A stretch of DNA of 32,000 nucleotides, from positions 1,380,001 through 1,412,000 of the forward strand of contig CP006868.1 of NCBI GenBank assembly GCA_025340205.1. Reading direction: 5' to 3'. The notes beneath the pieces are model-generated. The model was not told the DNA's origin. It searched no databases and saw nothing but the letters and a program-made list of their open reading frames with translations. Numbering within the stretch: position 1 is the stretch's first letter; the number at the start of each line of letters is the position of its first letter. The position numbers and the translations under genes were made by a program. The stretch comes from Ignicoccus pacificus DSM 13166 (GTDB lineage: Archaea; Thermoproteota; Thermoprotei_A; Sulfolobales; Ignicoccaceae). Positions 1-9,179 of the stretch are shown here, piece by piece.

Positions 1-2
1 GA

Positions 3-467
3 GAGGAGCCCACCAGACTAGTGATAGTATTCCCCAAGGACAAGGCAAAGATCGCCGAGATAGTCGAGCTAGCCATCTTAGTAGGAATCAAGGACGTGAT
101 CCCGACCACTCTCCTCATCGATAGGGTAATACTGGAGAAGAGCGACGCCGATAACAAGGTGGAGCTTCAAGACATGAAGGATACCATAGATGCCAACGTG
201 GACCCGGGCGACTTCGTGGACATAAGCGGAGCCCCCAAGCTACCCGCAGCCCTAGGAGCCGTCGTGGCCAGAGACAAGGAGGCTCACCTGGTCTATGTAC
301 CTCAGGCCGAGGAAAAGGAGGAGGTAATGAAGGCATACGAGGAGCTGGGCAAGATGGATCTAAAGAAGGCCATTGCTGAGTTCAGGGCCTCCGGAAAGAT
401 AGACGAGGAGCTAAGGAAGTTGCTGGAGAAAGTAGTACTCAAGAAGCCCAAGGTAATAATCCTTTAA
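3..467 (+). CDS. conserved hypothetical protein, C-terminal part (frame is open to the left window edge; the GTG at 21 may be internal)
   Basis: Frame is open from base 3 through the listed ORF 21..467. Codon usage matches neighbouring genes and the ORF ends 49 nt before aroA on the same strand. No family confidently recognised. Confidence 0.6.
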   Translation, partial: EEPTRLVIVFPKDKAKIAEIVELAILVGIKDVIPTTLLIDRVILEKSDADNKVELQDMKDTIDANVDPGDFVDISGAPKLPAALGAVVARDKEAHLVYVPQAEEKEEVMKAYEELGKMDLKKAIAEFRASGKIDEELRKLLEKVVLKKPKVIIL

Positions 468-516
468 GCTAGGAAAAGAGTTTTTCTTCCTACGTTCCTT
501 CAGACCGGGAAGCTGG

Positions 517-1788
517 ATGAAGATTACAGTTCAGCCCTCCACCGCCAGGGGGTCCTTGGAGGCTCCTCCGAGCAAGAGCTGGGCCCAGAGGATGCTCTTC
601 CTGTCCCTCCTCGCTGATGGGGAAAGCGAGATAGGGAGGCTGCCCAAGTCCGACGACGTCTTGGCGTCACTGGAAGCCGTCAAGGCGTTCGGAGCGGAAG
701 TGACGAGGGAGAAGGATAAGGTAAAGATCAGCGGGGGAGAGGTAAAGGTACCTGAGAACGTAATAGACATGAGAGGATCCGGAACGGGAGCCAGGATAGC
801 GATAGGAATAGGCACCTTGGTTCCGAAGGGCTTCGGGACTTGCATCACCGGGAACGAGAGCCTTAGGAGGAGGCCGATGGGGCCGGTGGTGGAGCTCTTC
901 AATTCCTTGGGAGCGGAGGTGAGAAGTCTAAGGGGAGGGAAGCTTCCCGTCGTCTCCTTCGGAGGTCTCCCGGGAGGGGAGGCTGAGGTAGACGGGAGCG
1001 TCACGAGCCAGCACGTCACCTCCGCCCTGATAGCTGGAACCAAAAGCGAGAAGGGAGTTACTCTAAAGATAAAGAACCTGGTCTCCAGAGCTTACGTAGC
1101 ATTAACTGAGGAGGTCTTGGAGCTGTTCGGGGCTAAGGTAGAGTGTTCTGAGGACTACTCCCATTGCTCCGTGGAGCCTTCTGACCTCTCCCCCATATCC
1201 ATGGACGTCCCCGGAGATTACGCACTAGCTGCCTTTCCTATGGCATTAGCCGTAATAACGAAGGGAAGGGTCGTGATAGAGGGACTTCCCGCCCCGAGGC
1301 AAGGACCCGGGGATCACAGGATAATAGATTACTTGAAGGCCTTTGGAGCTCAGGTTACCTATATCAGCGGGAAGCTGGAGGTCACCATGAGCGGTAGGCC
1401 GAAGGCGGTCAAGCTTAACTTGAGAGACGAGCCGGACTTGGCCCTCCCCATAGCCGCCGTAGCCGCGATAGCTCAAGGAGAGACCGTCCTAAGGGGACTA
1501 TCCCACTTGGCATATAAGGAGTCAAACAGATTGGAGCAGATAGTGAGGGTGCTGGAGTGCTTCGGAGTTAGGGCTAGGGTCGATGCCGGCTCCATAAGGA
1601 TATGGGGAACCGTGGCCTTGAAGCCTTGCGCCATGAAATGCCCAGACGACCACAGAGTGGCGATGATGGCGTCTCTACTTGGAGCTTACGTGGGAGCGAG
1701 GATTGATAACGCCGAGTGCGTAGCGAAGAGCTGGCCCGAGTACTGGGACGTGCTCAAGAGGCTGGGGGTGAGACTCATTGAGTACTAA
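517..1788 (+). CDS. aroA: 3-phosphoshikimate 1-carboxyvinyltransferase (EPSP synthase)
   Basis: 423 aa. N-terminus 'GSLEAPPSKSWAQRMLFLSLLADGESEI', 'DMRGSGTGARIAIG', 'HLAYKESNRLEQI' and 'DDHRVAMMASLLG' are EPSP synthase motifs. Confidence 0.95.
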   Translation: MKITVQPSTARGSLEAPPSKSWAQRMLFLSLLADGESEIGRLPKSDDVLASLEAVKAFGAEVTREKDKVKISGGEVKVPENVIDMRGSGTGARIAIGIGTLVPKGFGTCITGNESLRRRPMGPVVELFNSLGAEVRSLRGGKLPVVSFGGLPGGEAEVDGSVTSQHVTSALIAGTKSEKGVTLKIKNLVSRAYVALTEEVLELFGAKVECSEDYSHCSVEPSDLSPISMDVPGDYALAAFPMALAVITKGRVVIEGLPAPRQGPGDHRIIDYLKAFGAQVTYISGKLEVTMSGRPKAVKLNLRDEPDLALPIAAVAAIAQGETVLRGLSHLAYKESNRLEQIVRVLECFGVRARVDAGSIRIWGTVALKPCAMKCPDDHRVAMMASLLGAYVGARIDNAECVAKSWPEYWDVLKRLGVRLIEY

Positions 1789-2221
1789 GTGGGAGGTCAA
1801 GGAAGATAAGGACGGGATAAGGATTAGGGGTTCCGTGGACATATTGGTGGATCCCAAGAGGGTCCCTGAGGACGCTTACGATCTGGACTTCGTGGTGCTT
1901 ACCTCTAGGAGTGATGAGAAGGTCCTAGAGAAGGTGTTGGAGGCCAGCGAGGCCACTCTAATAACTCCTTCAGCTGTGAAGAGAACTATCAGGAAGAGGT
2001 ACATCGTTGACACTGTGGAAGGAATAAAGGGATTGAGCGACGACGTGTGGGTAATAGCGAAGGACGGGAAGCTGGCCATCTTCTTGTATACCGAGGAAGG
2101 TCCGGTGGCGATAGCTGATGACTTCCCAGAAGAGATGCTGGAAAAGGCCTCGGATTACGTCTATGGAGAAAAGCTAAGAGAGGTTCTCAAAAAAGGCAAT
2201 ATCGGAGGAAGGGTGTTCTGA
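1778..2221 (+). CDS. conserved hypothetical protein (147 aa)
   Basis: Overlaps the aroA 3' end by 11 nt and abuts the next ORF, suggesting an operon. No recognisable motif. Confidence 0.6.
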   Translation: MSTKWEVKEDKDGIRIRGSVDILVDPKRVPEDAYDLDFVVLTSRSDEKVLEKVLEASEATLITPSAVKRTIRKRYIVDTVEGIKGLSDDVWVIAKDGKLAIFLYTEEGPVAIADDFPEEMLEKASDYVYGEKLREVLKKGNIGGRVF

Positions 2222-2829
2222 TGCTGTCAGAGTTCCTCACCGAGGGATCAACGGCCCTGAGGCACCTCATCGCCGCTACCATATCACTTATTTTCAATCC
2301 ATACATGTTTGCAATTACACTGTTCCCCATTGCGCTCTACAAGGACGGTAACGTCTGGTACGCATTCCTTTCAGTACTGTCCTTAGCCGTCTTCCCCCTC
2401 ATAGCGCACTTCAGGGGAGTTAGGCAAGGGAAGGTGAACTGGAACATAGACGAGAGGTGGAAGAGGCCTCCCTTGCTCTTCCTCTCAGCCTTGGGGGGCT
2501 TCTTCGGCTTCTTGTTGTTGAGGTTCTTGGGATCCTACTACATAGCAATTGCTACCTTGATCTACGCTACCACGGCCTTCGCCGTAGCCATATGCTCTTA
2601 TAAGATCAAGGTGAGCGTCCACACCGCTACCGCCGTCACCACGGCCATAATCGTGGCTTGGTCCATGGGCGCCTTCTGGGGAGGGATAATGGGAGTGATA
2701 GCGGTGATAGTGGCCTGGTCCAGGCTGATTCTGAAGGCCCACAAGCCGGTGGAGGTGGCTGAGGCCTACGCCCTATCCTCCTTAAGCGCCATCCTCGTCT
2801 TGGCGCTCCTGAGAGCCATCCCCTTATAA
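2221..2829 (+). CDS. multi-pass membrane protein, unknown function (202 aa)
   Basis: Several hydrophobic segments (e.g. LLFLSALGGFFGFLLLRFLG, AVTTAIIVAWSMGAFWGGIMGVIAVIVAW). Shares its first base with the upstream stop region. Confidence 0.6.
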   Translation: MLSEFLTEGSTALRHLIAATISLIFNPYMFAITLFPIALYKDGNVWYAFLSVLSLAVFPLIAHFRGVRQGKVNWNIDERWKRPPLLFLSALGGFFGFLLLRFLGSYYIAIATLIYATTAFAVAICSYKIKVSVHTATAVTTAIIVAWSMGAFWGGIMGVIAVIVAWSRLILKAHKPVEVAEAYALSSLSAILVLALLRAIPL

Positions 2830-2882
2830 GCTTTTCACACTCTAACACTTATAAGGGTTACTCTCGTCACCCCACACGAAGG

Positions 2883-2970
2883 GCGGGGGTGCCCGAGCCA
2901 GGTCGAAGGGGGCGGGCTCAAGACCCGCTGGCGTAGGCCGGCGTGGGTTCAAATCCCACCCCCCGCACCA
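2883..2970 (+). tRNA. tRNA-Leu (anticodon CAA), no intron, CCA encoded
   Basis: Acceptor GCGGGGG pairs with CCCCCGC, followed by A+CCA. Anticodon arm GCGGG-CTCAAGA-CCCGC has CAA at loop positions 34-36. A long variable arm is present. T arm is GTGGG-TTCAAAT-CCCAC. Confidence 0.95.
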
Positions 2971-3006
2971 ATCCTCTCACGTTGACCCCACTTTTATTCC
3001 CCTTCA

Positions 3007-4143
3007 ATGAGGTCCTCGAACAGATGTACTATGAAGCATCCGTTCTGGTATGGAAAGCTGATACTGGAGGACTTGGGATCCCAGTTCAACTTGGACGAGC
3101 TCTTCGAATCCTTAAGGACTCCCGGAAGGCACATGTGCTTGAGAGTGAACTTGCTCAAGGCTTCACCAGAAGAAGTAATGGAGGAGTTGGAGGAGAAGGG
3201 ATACAAGCCCTACCAGCCGTTTAAGGAAGTTCCGGAGGCGGTTTGCGTAAGGGTTGAGGGACCCTTCGAGATACCTAGGTTAGAGAGGTTCGTGATAGCA
3301 GATAAGTACGCTGCCGAAAGCGTCTATGTAGGGGCCAACCTCTACTCTCCCGGAGTTCTGAAGAGCGAGGCGGAGCCGGGAAGGGAGGTCTCGATCCTAG
3401 CAGAGAGAACTCTGGAGCCAGTGGCCATAGGTATTTCCAAAATAGGGAGAGAAGTTCCTGAGAGGGGGATAGCGGTAGAGGTTACCCTCTCCAAGTACAA
3501 GGCTCCCAAGTTCAGGGAGCTCAAGGCCTTCGAAGAGGGGAAGGTCTATCCCCAGAGCCTCCCAGCTATGGTGGCCGTTAGGGCGTTGGAGCCGGAGGGA
3601 TTGGTAGTAGACCTCAACGCTGCCCCGGGAGGGAAGAGCTTCCACGCCTATGAGCTGCTCAAGGGAAAGGGGAAGGTGATCTCCTTCGAAGTATCGAAGA
3701 AAAGAGCGAACAAGATGAGGAGGGAGATGAGGAGGCTCGGTCATGAGATAGAGCTAATGGTAAAGGACTCGAGGTACGCTGACCTAGACTTCCCCGAGCT
3801 CGTGGAAAAGGCGGACAGGGTAATAGTGGATCCTCCTTGCACGAGCATCGGAGTAATTCCTAAGGTATGGGACGAGAAGAAGGATGAGGACATGCTCAAC
3901 TCCTTCAAGTACCAAATCCAGTTCGTGAAGGTTGCTTACAAGCTGTTGAAGAAAGGCGGATTAATGCTCTACTCCACTTGCACCTTGACTAAAAAAGAGA
4001 ACGAGGAGGTCCTCGACTTTGCACAAGAGCTGGGGTTCGAGATAGTGGAAAGGGATACCCCCTGGGGAAAGGCTCCCGTAAAGGTGGTGCCCTATGTCCA
4101 CCAAGAGCCGGGCTTCTTCATTTCAATATTAAAAAAGCCTTAG
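3007..4143 (+). CDS. NOL1/NOP2/Sun-family tRNA/rRNA cytosine-C5 methyltransferase, probably with a PUA domain
   Basis: 'VVDLNAAPGGKSFHAYELL', 'RVIVDPPCTSIGV' (motif IV DPPC) and 'LMYSTCTLTKKENEEVL' (motif VI TC) are m5C RNA methyltransferase hallmarks. The segment 'ADKYAAESVYVGANLYSPGVLK' is PUA-like. Confidence 0.9.
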   Translation: MRSSNRCTMKHPFWYGKLILEDLGSQFNLDELFESLRTPGRHMCLRVNLLKASPEEVMEELEEKGYKPYQPFKEVPEAVCVRVEGPFEIPRLERFVIADKYAAESVYVGANLYSPGVLKSEAEPGREVSILAERTLEPVAIGISKIGREVPERGIAVEVTLSKYKAPKFRELKAFEEGKVYPQSLPAMVAVRALEPEGLVVDLNAAPGGKSFHAYELLKGKGKVISFEVSKKRANKMRREMRRLGHEIELMVKDSRYADLDFPELVEKADRVIVDPPCTSIGVIPKVWDEKKDEDMLNSFKYQIQFVKVAYKLLKKGGLMLYSTCTLTKKENEEVLDFAQELGFEIVERDTPWGKAPVKVVPYVHQEPGFFISILKKP

Positions 4144-5774
4144 GAGTGGATCCTCTCGAGGAACCCTTCCACTCCGGTGTCCTTGGTTAGGTGGCTTACC
4201 ACTATTCCTGCTATGAAGGACGCCGGAACGCTGTAGAGCGCCGGCTGAACCAGAACCGGCACGGGTCCCAGCGCCTTAGCTCCTCCCAGCCTCAGCAAGA
4301 CGAAGAGGACCGCCACTATCAGTCCTACTACCATAGAAGCCACCGCCCCCGCTCTGGTGAACTTCTTCCACCACAGAGTCATTATTAAGGTAGTGGCAAA
4401 GGAGCTAGCTGCGATTCCGAAGGCTAGGACGACTAGGTAGGAGACGTCGAACCCCTTGAGAAGCAGTCCCCCTAGGATCGCTATAGCACCGACTATCGCC
4501 GCCACAATCCTGGCCACGAAGAGCTGCTCCTCCTCGGTAGCCTTGCCCTTCCTTATTATGTTGGCGTAGAGGTCGTAAGCGACGCTGTTGGTAGCCGCCA
4601 CCATCAGTCCTCCCACGGTTGAGAGTATAGCAGCGAAGGCGCCGGCAGCGGCCAGGCCCATTAGGAGCTCCCCTCCTAACAGCTTACCGCTCATAACTAC
4701 TGGCATGTTCTTGGCCCACGGAGTGTATCCTTGCACCAACCATCCAACTATTAGGGAGAACAGCACCGTTCCGGCTGCGAATCCTACGAATATCGAGAAG
4801 AGGTAGAAGCCTCCTATGTTGAATATCGCGCCGACCGTTCCCTTTCTGGCGTCCTCGGGCCTGGGCACGGTGTAGAAGTAAATCAGTATGTGAGGTAGTC
4901 CCATCGTTCCTAGAATTATTCCTAGGGCCAAGCTCAGCTGGTTCCACACGTCTCTGGCGAAGGCTCCCGGCTGGACCAGCCTTATCAGGTTGGGATGCTC
5001 GCTTAAGGTGACCTTGGCCAAGGCCAAGCTCTTTTGTAAGGCCTCATCGAAGGTTATTGTATTAACGTTGGGCATGTACTGCTTTACCATGTCTGGAGTG
5101 ACGTACTTCTTAGCTAAGGCTGGAGGAGGCACTTGGTATGCCTTGTCTAAGATAGCTCCGGGACCTCCGAAGGCCACCAAGTAGGCTAAGAATATTATTA
5201 GCATCGCTATCCAGAGCACCAGCGCTTGGAACACTTGGCTGTAGACGGTGGACCTAATTCCTCCCATCATCACCACTAGCACCACTATGGCTCCGACTAC
5301 GACGACCGCTACCGGGTAGGGCCAGTTGAGGAGGAGGCTCATTAGCGAGCCAGCTCCGATCATTTGGGGTATCATGTAGAATGTCGAAATTATTACAGTT
5401 GCTATCATCGCTAGCGCCCTAAGCTCTTGAGCCCTAGCGAACCTCTCGTTGAGGATGTCCGCAACGGTGAACTTTCCAACCTTCCTCACGAACTCCGCCG
5501 CAACGATTAGGACCAATACCCATCCGGCGAAGTAGCCTATGGGGTCCCAGACTCTGTCGAGACCGTAGTTGCTGATCCCTCCCGCCACTCCTAGGAAGGA
5601 CGCCGCCGAAAGGTAGTTGGAGGTCAACGCCCAAGCGATGAGGATCCACGGAACAGATCTTCCTGCTGCATAGAAGTCTTGTATGCTCTTAACCCTCTTA
5701 TAGCTCCACCAAGCTATTCCCATTGTTATTAATGCAACCACTATAACCATTATCAGCGCTATTACAGAGAACAT
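4140..5774 (-). CDS. sodium:solute symporter (SSF) family transporter
   Basis: 544 aa, about 13 hydrophobic segments. 'SVQDFYAAGRSVPWILIAWALTSNYLSAASFLGVAG' and 'GGIRSTVYSQVFQALVLW' are SSF signatures. Confidence 0.9.
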   Translation of the reverse strand: MFSVIALIMVIVVALITMGIAWWSYKRVKSIQDFYAAGRSVPWILIAWALTSNYLSAASFLGVAGGISNYGLDRVWDPIGYFAGWVLVLIVAAEFVRKVGKFTVADILNERFARAQELRALAMIATVIISTFYMIPQMIGAGSLMSLLLNWPYPVAVVVVGAIVVLVVMMGGIRSTVYSQVFQALVLWIAMLIIFLAYLVAFGGPGAILDKAYQVPPPALAKKYVTPDMVKQYMPNVNTITFDEALQKSLALAKVTLSEHPNLIRLVQPGAFARDVWNQLSLALGIILGTMGLPHILIYFYTVPRPEDARKGTVGAIFNIGGFYLFSIFVGFAAGTVLFSLIVGWLVQGYTPWAKNMPVVMSGKLLGGELLMGLAAAGAFAAILSTVGGLMVAATNSVAYDLYANIIRKGKATEEEQLFVARIVAAIVGAIAILGGLLLKGFDVSYLVVLAFGIAASSFATTLIMTLWWKKFTRAGAVASMVVGLIVAVLFVLLRLGGAKALGPVPVLVQPALYSVPASFIAGIVVSHLTKDTGVEGFLERIHS

Positions 5775-5785
5775 GAGCTATCACC

Positions 5786-5992
5786 TCACTCCTTGCTCTT
5801 AAGGTAAGTGTATAGAATAACCGTGCCCCAAGTGATAGGGAACATGAGTAAGGCGTAGGCTAGCCCCACGGTAAGTCCTCCTGCTATTGGTGTTCCCGCG
5901 ACCTTCTTGAAAGCGCCGAAGAGTATGGCCATTCCGAAGTACACGATCAAGTATGGCACTATCAACTTCAGGACTACTGACCGGTCATTCAT
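5786..5992 (-). CDS. small two-TM protein, partner of the SSF transporter (DUF485-like topology)
   Basis: 68 aa, located 11 nt upstream of the SSF gene on the same strand, with two hydrophobic segments. DUF485/DUF4212-like partners are known next to SSF genes. The family assignment here is by context and topology. Confidence 0.6.
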   Translation of the reverse strand: MNDRSVVLKLIVPYLIVYFGMAILFGAFKKVAGTPIAGGLTVGLAYALLMFPITWGTVILYTYLKSKE

Positions 5993-6026
5993 ATATTCTC
6001 CACCTCTTGGTATATGCTCCGCTGCT

Positions 6027-6040
6027 CGATATATAAAACA
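6027..6040 (-). promoter_or_regulatory. putative TATA element for the SSF operon
   Basis: The minus-strand reading contains TGTTTTATATATCG about 38 nt upstream of the 5992 start, consistent with an archaeal TTTATATA box. Confidence 0.45.
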
Positions 6041-6148
6041 TTTTTAACTGACTAAACAAGTTCAATTCAGTCTATTCTTCAATGGAGATATTGAATAAGG
6101 CGTAACCTCATAACCACAGATCGCGATATATACACGGAGGTCGTCACC

Positions 6149-6586
6149 TTGGACAAGCTCCTACTCGCGTATGATGGCTCCGAGCCCGCGAAGCACGCCC
6201 TTGAAGTTGCAACTGACTTAGCTAAGAAGATAGGTGCAAAGATTTACATCTTGTACGTGGTAGACGTTAACGCTGCCACCGAGCTCTTCGGAGAGTACTC
6301 CGGGAAGATAGCTGAAGAGCTAATGGAGAAGGCTAAGGAGATTTTAAAAGAAGCTATGGAAAAGGCTAAGGAGAAGGGAGTTGAAGCGGAGGAAGTCGTG
6401 GAAGCCGGAACCCCGGCAGAGAAGATAGTCGACGTAGCGAAGAAGATAGACGCCTACATGATAGTGATGGGTGCCCACGGATACAGCGGCATAAAGAGGC
6501 TCTTGATAGGCAGCGTTTCTGAAAAGGTAATAAGGATGAGCGACAGACCCGTGCTCATAGTCAAGAATCCCAAGCATCACAAGTGA
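6149..6586 (+). CDS. universal stress protein (UspA family)
   Basis: 'KLLLAYDGSEPAKHALEVATDLAKKIGAKIYILYVVD' and the ATP-binding 'MGAHGYSGIKRLLIGSVSEKVIRMSDRPVLIVK'. Confidence 0.93.
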   Translation: MDKLLLAYDGSEPAKHALEVATDLAKKIGAKIYILYVVDVNAATELFGEYSGKIAEELMEKAKEILKEAMEKAKEKGVEAEEVVEAGTPAEKIVDVAKKIDAYMIVMGAHGYSGIKRLLIGSVSEKVIRMSDRPVLIVKNPKHHK

Positions 6587-6589
6587 TTT

Positions 6590-7624
6590 TTACCACCACA
6601 CCGCCGGGAGCTTATTCAATACCTCATATCCTCCCTTCTTCACCAGTACCATCTGCTCTACCCTAATTCCTCCTACCTTCGGGAAGTATACTCCAGGCTC
6701 TATCGTCACCACGTCCCCTTCCATTAGTACGTGAGAGGAGGATTGAGAGAGATATGGAGGTTCGTGTACCTCTACCCCGACCCCGTGACCTAATCCGTGG
6801 ATGAAGGCTTCTTCTAAGCCGTACTCCTTGAGGACTTCCCTAGCCTTAGCGTCCACGTCTTTTGCCTTCACTCCAGCCTTTATCATCTTGATGGATTCGT
6901 TAACGGCCTCTAGCACCGCCATCATCCAATCCCTAAAAGGGGATTTCTCGGGGGCATAGCTCCTCGTTATATCGCTCCTATAACCGTCTAGGACCGCGCC
7001 GAAGTCGAAGAGGGCAATATGGTCCCTAGAGAACTTGTTCCTTCCAGGGACGTAGTGAGGGTGGGCGCTGCTCTCTCCAAAGGCAACTATCGAGGGGAAG
7101 GCGTACTCTTGGGATCCCCTCTCCCTCATGTGCATCTCCAGAATTCCAGCGGCCTCCCTCTCCTCAACTCCCTCCTCCAGCTCCTCCCAAGAGTCCTTGA
7201 ACGCCTCCTCCGCTATTCTTAGAGATTCCCTCATCCTCTCTATTTCGTAGTCATCCTTGGATCTCCTCATCTCCTCTACCCTTTTCGATATGTCTCCCGC
7301 ACCCAGCTCCACGATTAGCGAATTGGCGAGCGAGAAGTTCAAGTACTTGAGGTCGGCAAAGTAGGGAGGCTTACACTCTTGCTCTATCACCTTCCAGAGG
7401 GCTCTCCTAGGCCCCTCCTTCACCTCTACCCAAGGAGTTCTTTCTCTAGCTCTCTCTAGCTCAAGCTTGGGAACCACGTACTTTACGTCTTCCTCGGTTA
7501 TCAAGATCATTCCGGTGTCTAGGCCGGTCATCCATTTGACGTTCTCCGGAGAAAGCAACGTAACACATCCGGGCATCCTGAGCTGCTTTATCTTTCTCCA
7601 AAACGAGTATTGAAGGTCCACCAA
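6590..7624 (-). CDS. M24-family metallopeptidase (Xaa-Pro dipeptidase/aminopeptidase-like)
   Basis: Metal-binding motifs 'HIALFDFGAVLDGYRSDITRSY', 'FIHGLGHGVGVEVHEPPYLS', 'GDVVTIEPGVYFP' and 'GGIRVEQMVLV'. Confidence 0.9.
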   Translation of the reverse strand: MVDLQYSFWRKIKQLRMPGCVTLLSPENVKWMTGLDTGMILITEEDVKYVVPKLELERARERTPWVEVKEGPRRALWKVIEQECKPPYFADLKYLNFSLANSLIVELGAGDISKRVEEMRRSKDDYEIERMRESLRIAEEAFKDSWEELEEGVEEREAAGILEMHMRERGSQEYAFPSIVAFGESSAHPHYVPGRNKFSRDHIALFDFGAVLDGYRSDITRSYAPEKSPFRDWMMAVLEAVNESIKMIKAGVKAKDVDAKAREVLKEYGLEEAFIHGLGHGVGVEVHEPPYLSQSSSHVLMEGDVVTIEPGVYFPKVGGIRVEQMVLVKKGGYEVLNKLPAVWW

Positions 7625-7666
7625 GACTCGGTACCAAGAGATACGAGGGACCTTTTGAAAAAAACG

Positions 7667-8308
7667 CTACAGCTTCCTCAGCACGTACATTCCTCCCGCC
7701 ACTGCCGCCACTAGGACCAGTATCATCACTATCGTTCCTACGTCGGCAAATCCTATGTACTTTGTAACCGTTATCGTTACCGTTACCACTGTAGCGTTCT
7801 TCCAACCCTTCGGCAGTATCGTCACTTGCGTGAAGCCGTAGGAATCACCCATGTTCGATCCGTCCCCGTTAACGGCGTTAACGGCGATCGAGAATATCAC
7901 CGGCTTGGGCTTGGTAGGAGCCTTCCAAGCGAAGCTCCACTTCCTCTTCAAGGCTCCCTGGGAGGTGTGGGTCAGTATCTCGTGTCCAAAGAGGTCGGTG
8001 GTCAGGAAGGTGTCCTTGGGATCGGTCACTATCAGCTTTCCGCCGCTGACGCTTACTGCGAAGCCTCCACAAGCCACTCCTCCCTTACACGGAGGTCCCT
8101 TGGTTATCTCGATGGTAATGTTGTATACCTTGCCAGGCTCGTAGTACTTCGGGAGCCCTATTACCTTAAACTTAGGAGGGTGTTGAGCCGCTCCTATGTG
8201 ACACTGAGCACAATCTAAGGCCGGGGCTCCGTTGCTCATCGCTAAAGCTAGAGATCCCAAAAGGAGAACGAAGATGAGAATTCTTTTCTCCATCATTATT
8301 TCCTGCAC
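7667..8308 (-). CDS. membrane-anchored secreted protein with one CXXCH haem-c motif and a Reeler/choice-of-anchor-V-like domain
   Basis: Signal peptide-like N-terminus, then 'LDCAQCH' (8198-8212), then 'YYEPGKVYNITIEI...GGFAVSVSGG...LTHTSQGALKRKWSFAWKAP...NAVNGDGSNMGDSYGF', and a C-terminal TM 'VGTIVMILVLVAAVAGGMYVLRKL'. Confidence 0.65.
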   Translation of the reverse strand: MQEIMMEKRILIFVLLLGSLALAMSNGAPALDCAQCHIGAAQHPPKFKVIGLPKYYEPGKVYNITIEITKGPPCKGGVACGGFAVSVSGGKLIVTDPKDTFLTTDLFGHEILTHTSQGALKRKWSFAWKAPTKPKPVIFSIAVNAVNGDGSNMGDSYGFTQVTILPKGWKNATVVTVTITVTKYIGFADVGTIVMILVLVAAVAGGMYVLRKL

Positions 8309-8378
8309 CTACCGTTCAGTATACCATCGACAAGCGTTTAATATATTGAGAGTTTACGTTGACAAAAAGTTATATTTG

Positions 8379-9104
8379 TTACTGGGAATAGGCCTTGGCT
8401 ATCTGGCGGAAGGCGTTGAGTATTATTACCAGACCTATGATCTTCACCGCCACGTCGTAGGCCAGAGGTATCATCATAGTACCCTTCCTGAGCGCTGCGG
8501 AGGTGCTGTGGACGTTGGAGAGCGCTAGGTGGCTGACCACGGCTATTGCAGCGGTACCGTAAATGGCGATTCCGACCGCTATCATGAGGGCAGTCTTGTC
8601 GCCGGTCTCCTTGTAGACGTCGTAGAGTAAGTAGGCCACTCCGAAGGGCACTAGGGTCTGGAAGAGTATGTGAGGCAAGTAGAAGAATATCGGTATGGTC
8701 AAGTTACCCAGGGCCTTCTGGATCCCTTCAATGGCCGGTCCTCCGAGGCCTCCGAGCACTAGCATCGCTCCAAAGGCGTAGTAGGCTCCTAGGATCAGCG
8801 CTATCTGCAGAGCCAGCTTCTTGTGGGGGTGGTCGACGGCCTCGAGTATGGAGTAGAGGACTAGGAGCAGTCCTATGAAGCTGAAGACCGTTCCTACCCT
8901 GGAACCCATTCCGATGCTCTGACCTAGGAATCCTTGTATTATTACCTTACAGAGAAGCTGGCCTAGGCCCAGTATGATGACTCCTACGGCGAAGGCCTTC
9001 ATCCAGCTTAGGCCGGTTTCAGAGGCCTCCTTGAGGGCCCATATTCCTATGCCCAGCTCCACCAATCCTAGGACGAGTCCGTAAAGCACGATGAGCTCGA
9101 ACAC
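8379..9104 (-). CDS. polytopic membrane protein (about 7 TM), unknown function
   Basis: 241 aa with hydrophobic segments spread evenly along its length. Same strand as its neighbours. Confidence 0.6.
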   Translation of the reverse strand: MFELIVLYGLVLGLVELGIGIWALKEASETGLSWMKAFAVGVIILGLGQLLCKVIIQGFLGQSIGMGSRVGTVFSFIGLLLVLYSILEAVDHPHKKLALQIALILGAYYAFGAMLVLGGLGGPAIEGIQKALGNLTIPIFFYLPHILFQTLVPFGVAYLLYDVYKETGDKTALMIAVGIAIYGTAAIAVVSHLALSNVHSTSAALRKGTMMIPLAYDVAVKIIGLVIILNAFRQIAKAYSQ

Positions 9105-9179
9105 TCGCTCTCACCGAGGTAGTGATCAAAAGCAAATCTTTTATTGTTGACTAGATGTATGAAGTGTCGTACTATCAGA

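Noticed and set aside
531-1043. Minus-strand ORF of 170 aa opposite aroA
   Set aside because: Shadow ORF. The plus strand encodes conserved EPSP synthase motifs across the whole interval.
7667-7738. C-terminus of the CXXCH protein as another sortase tail
   Set aside because: TKYIGFADVGTIVMILVLVAAVAGGMYVLRKL is an ordinary full-length TM anchor without the PxPxxL motif or a strong basic cluster.
7826-8218. Plus-strand ORFs (7826-8218, 7851-8144) opposite the CXXCH protein
   Set aside because: They lack a coherent fold or signal. The minus-strand reading has signal peptide, haem motif, domain pattern and TM anchor.
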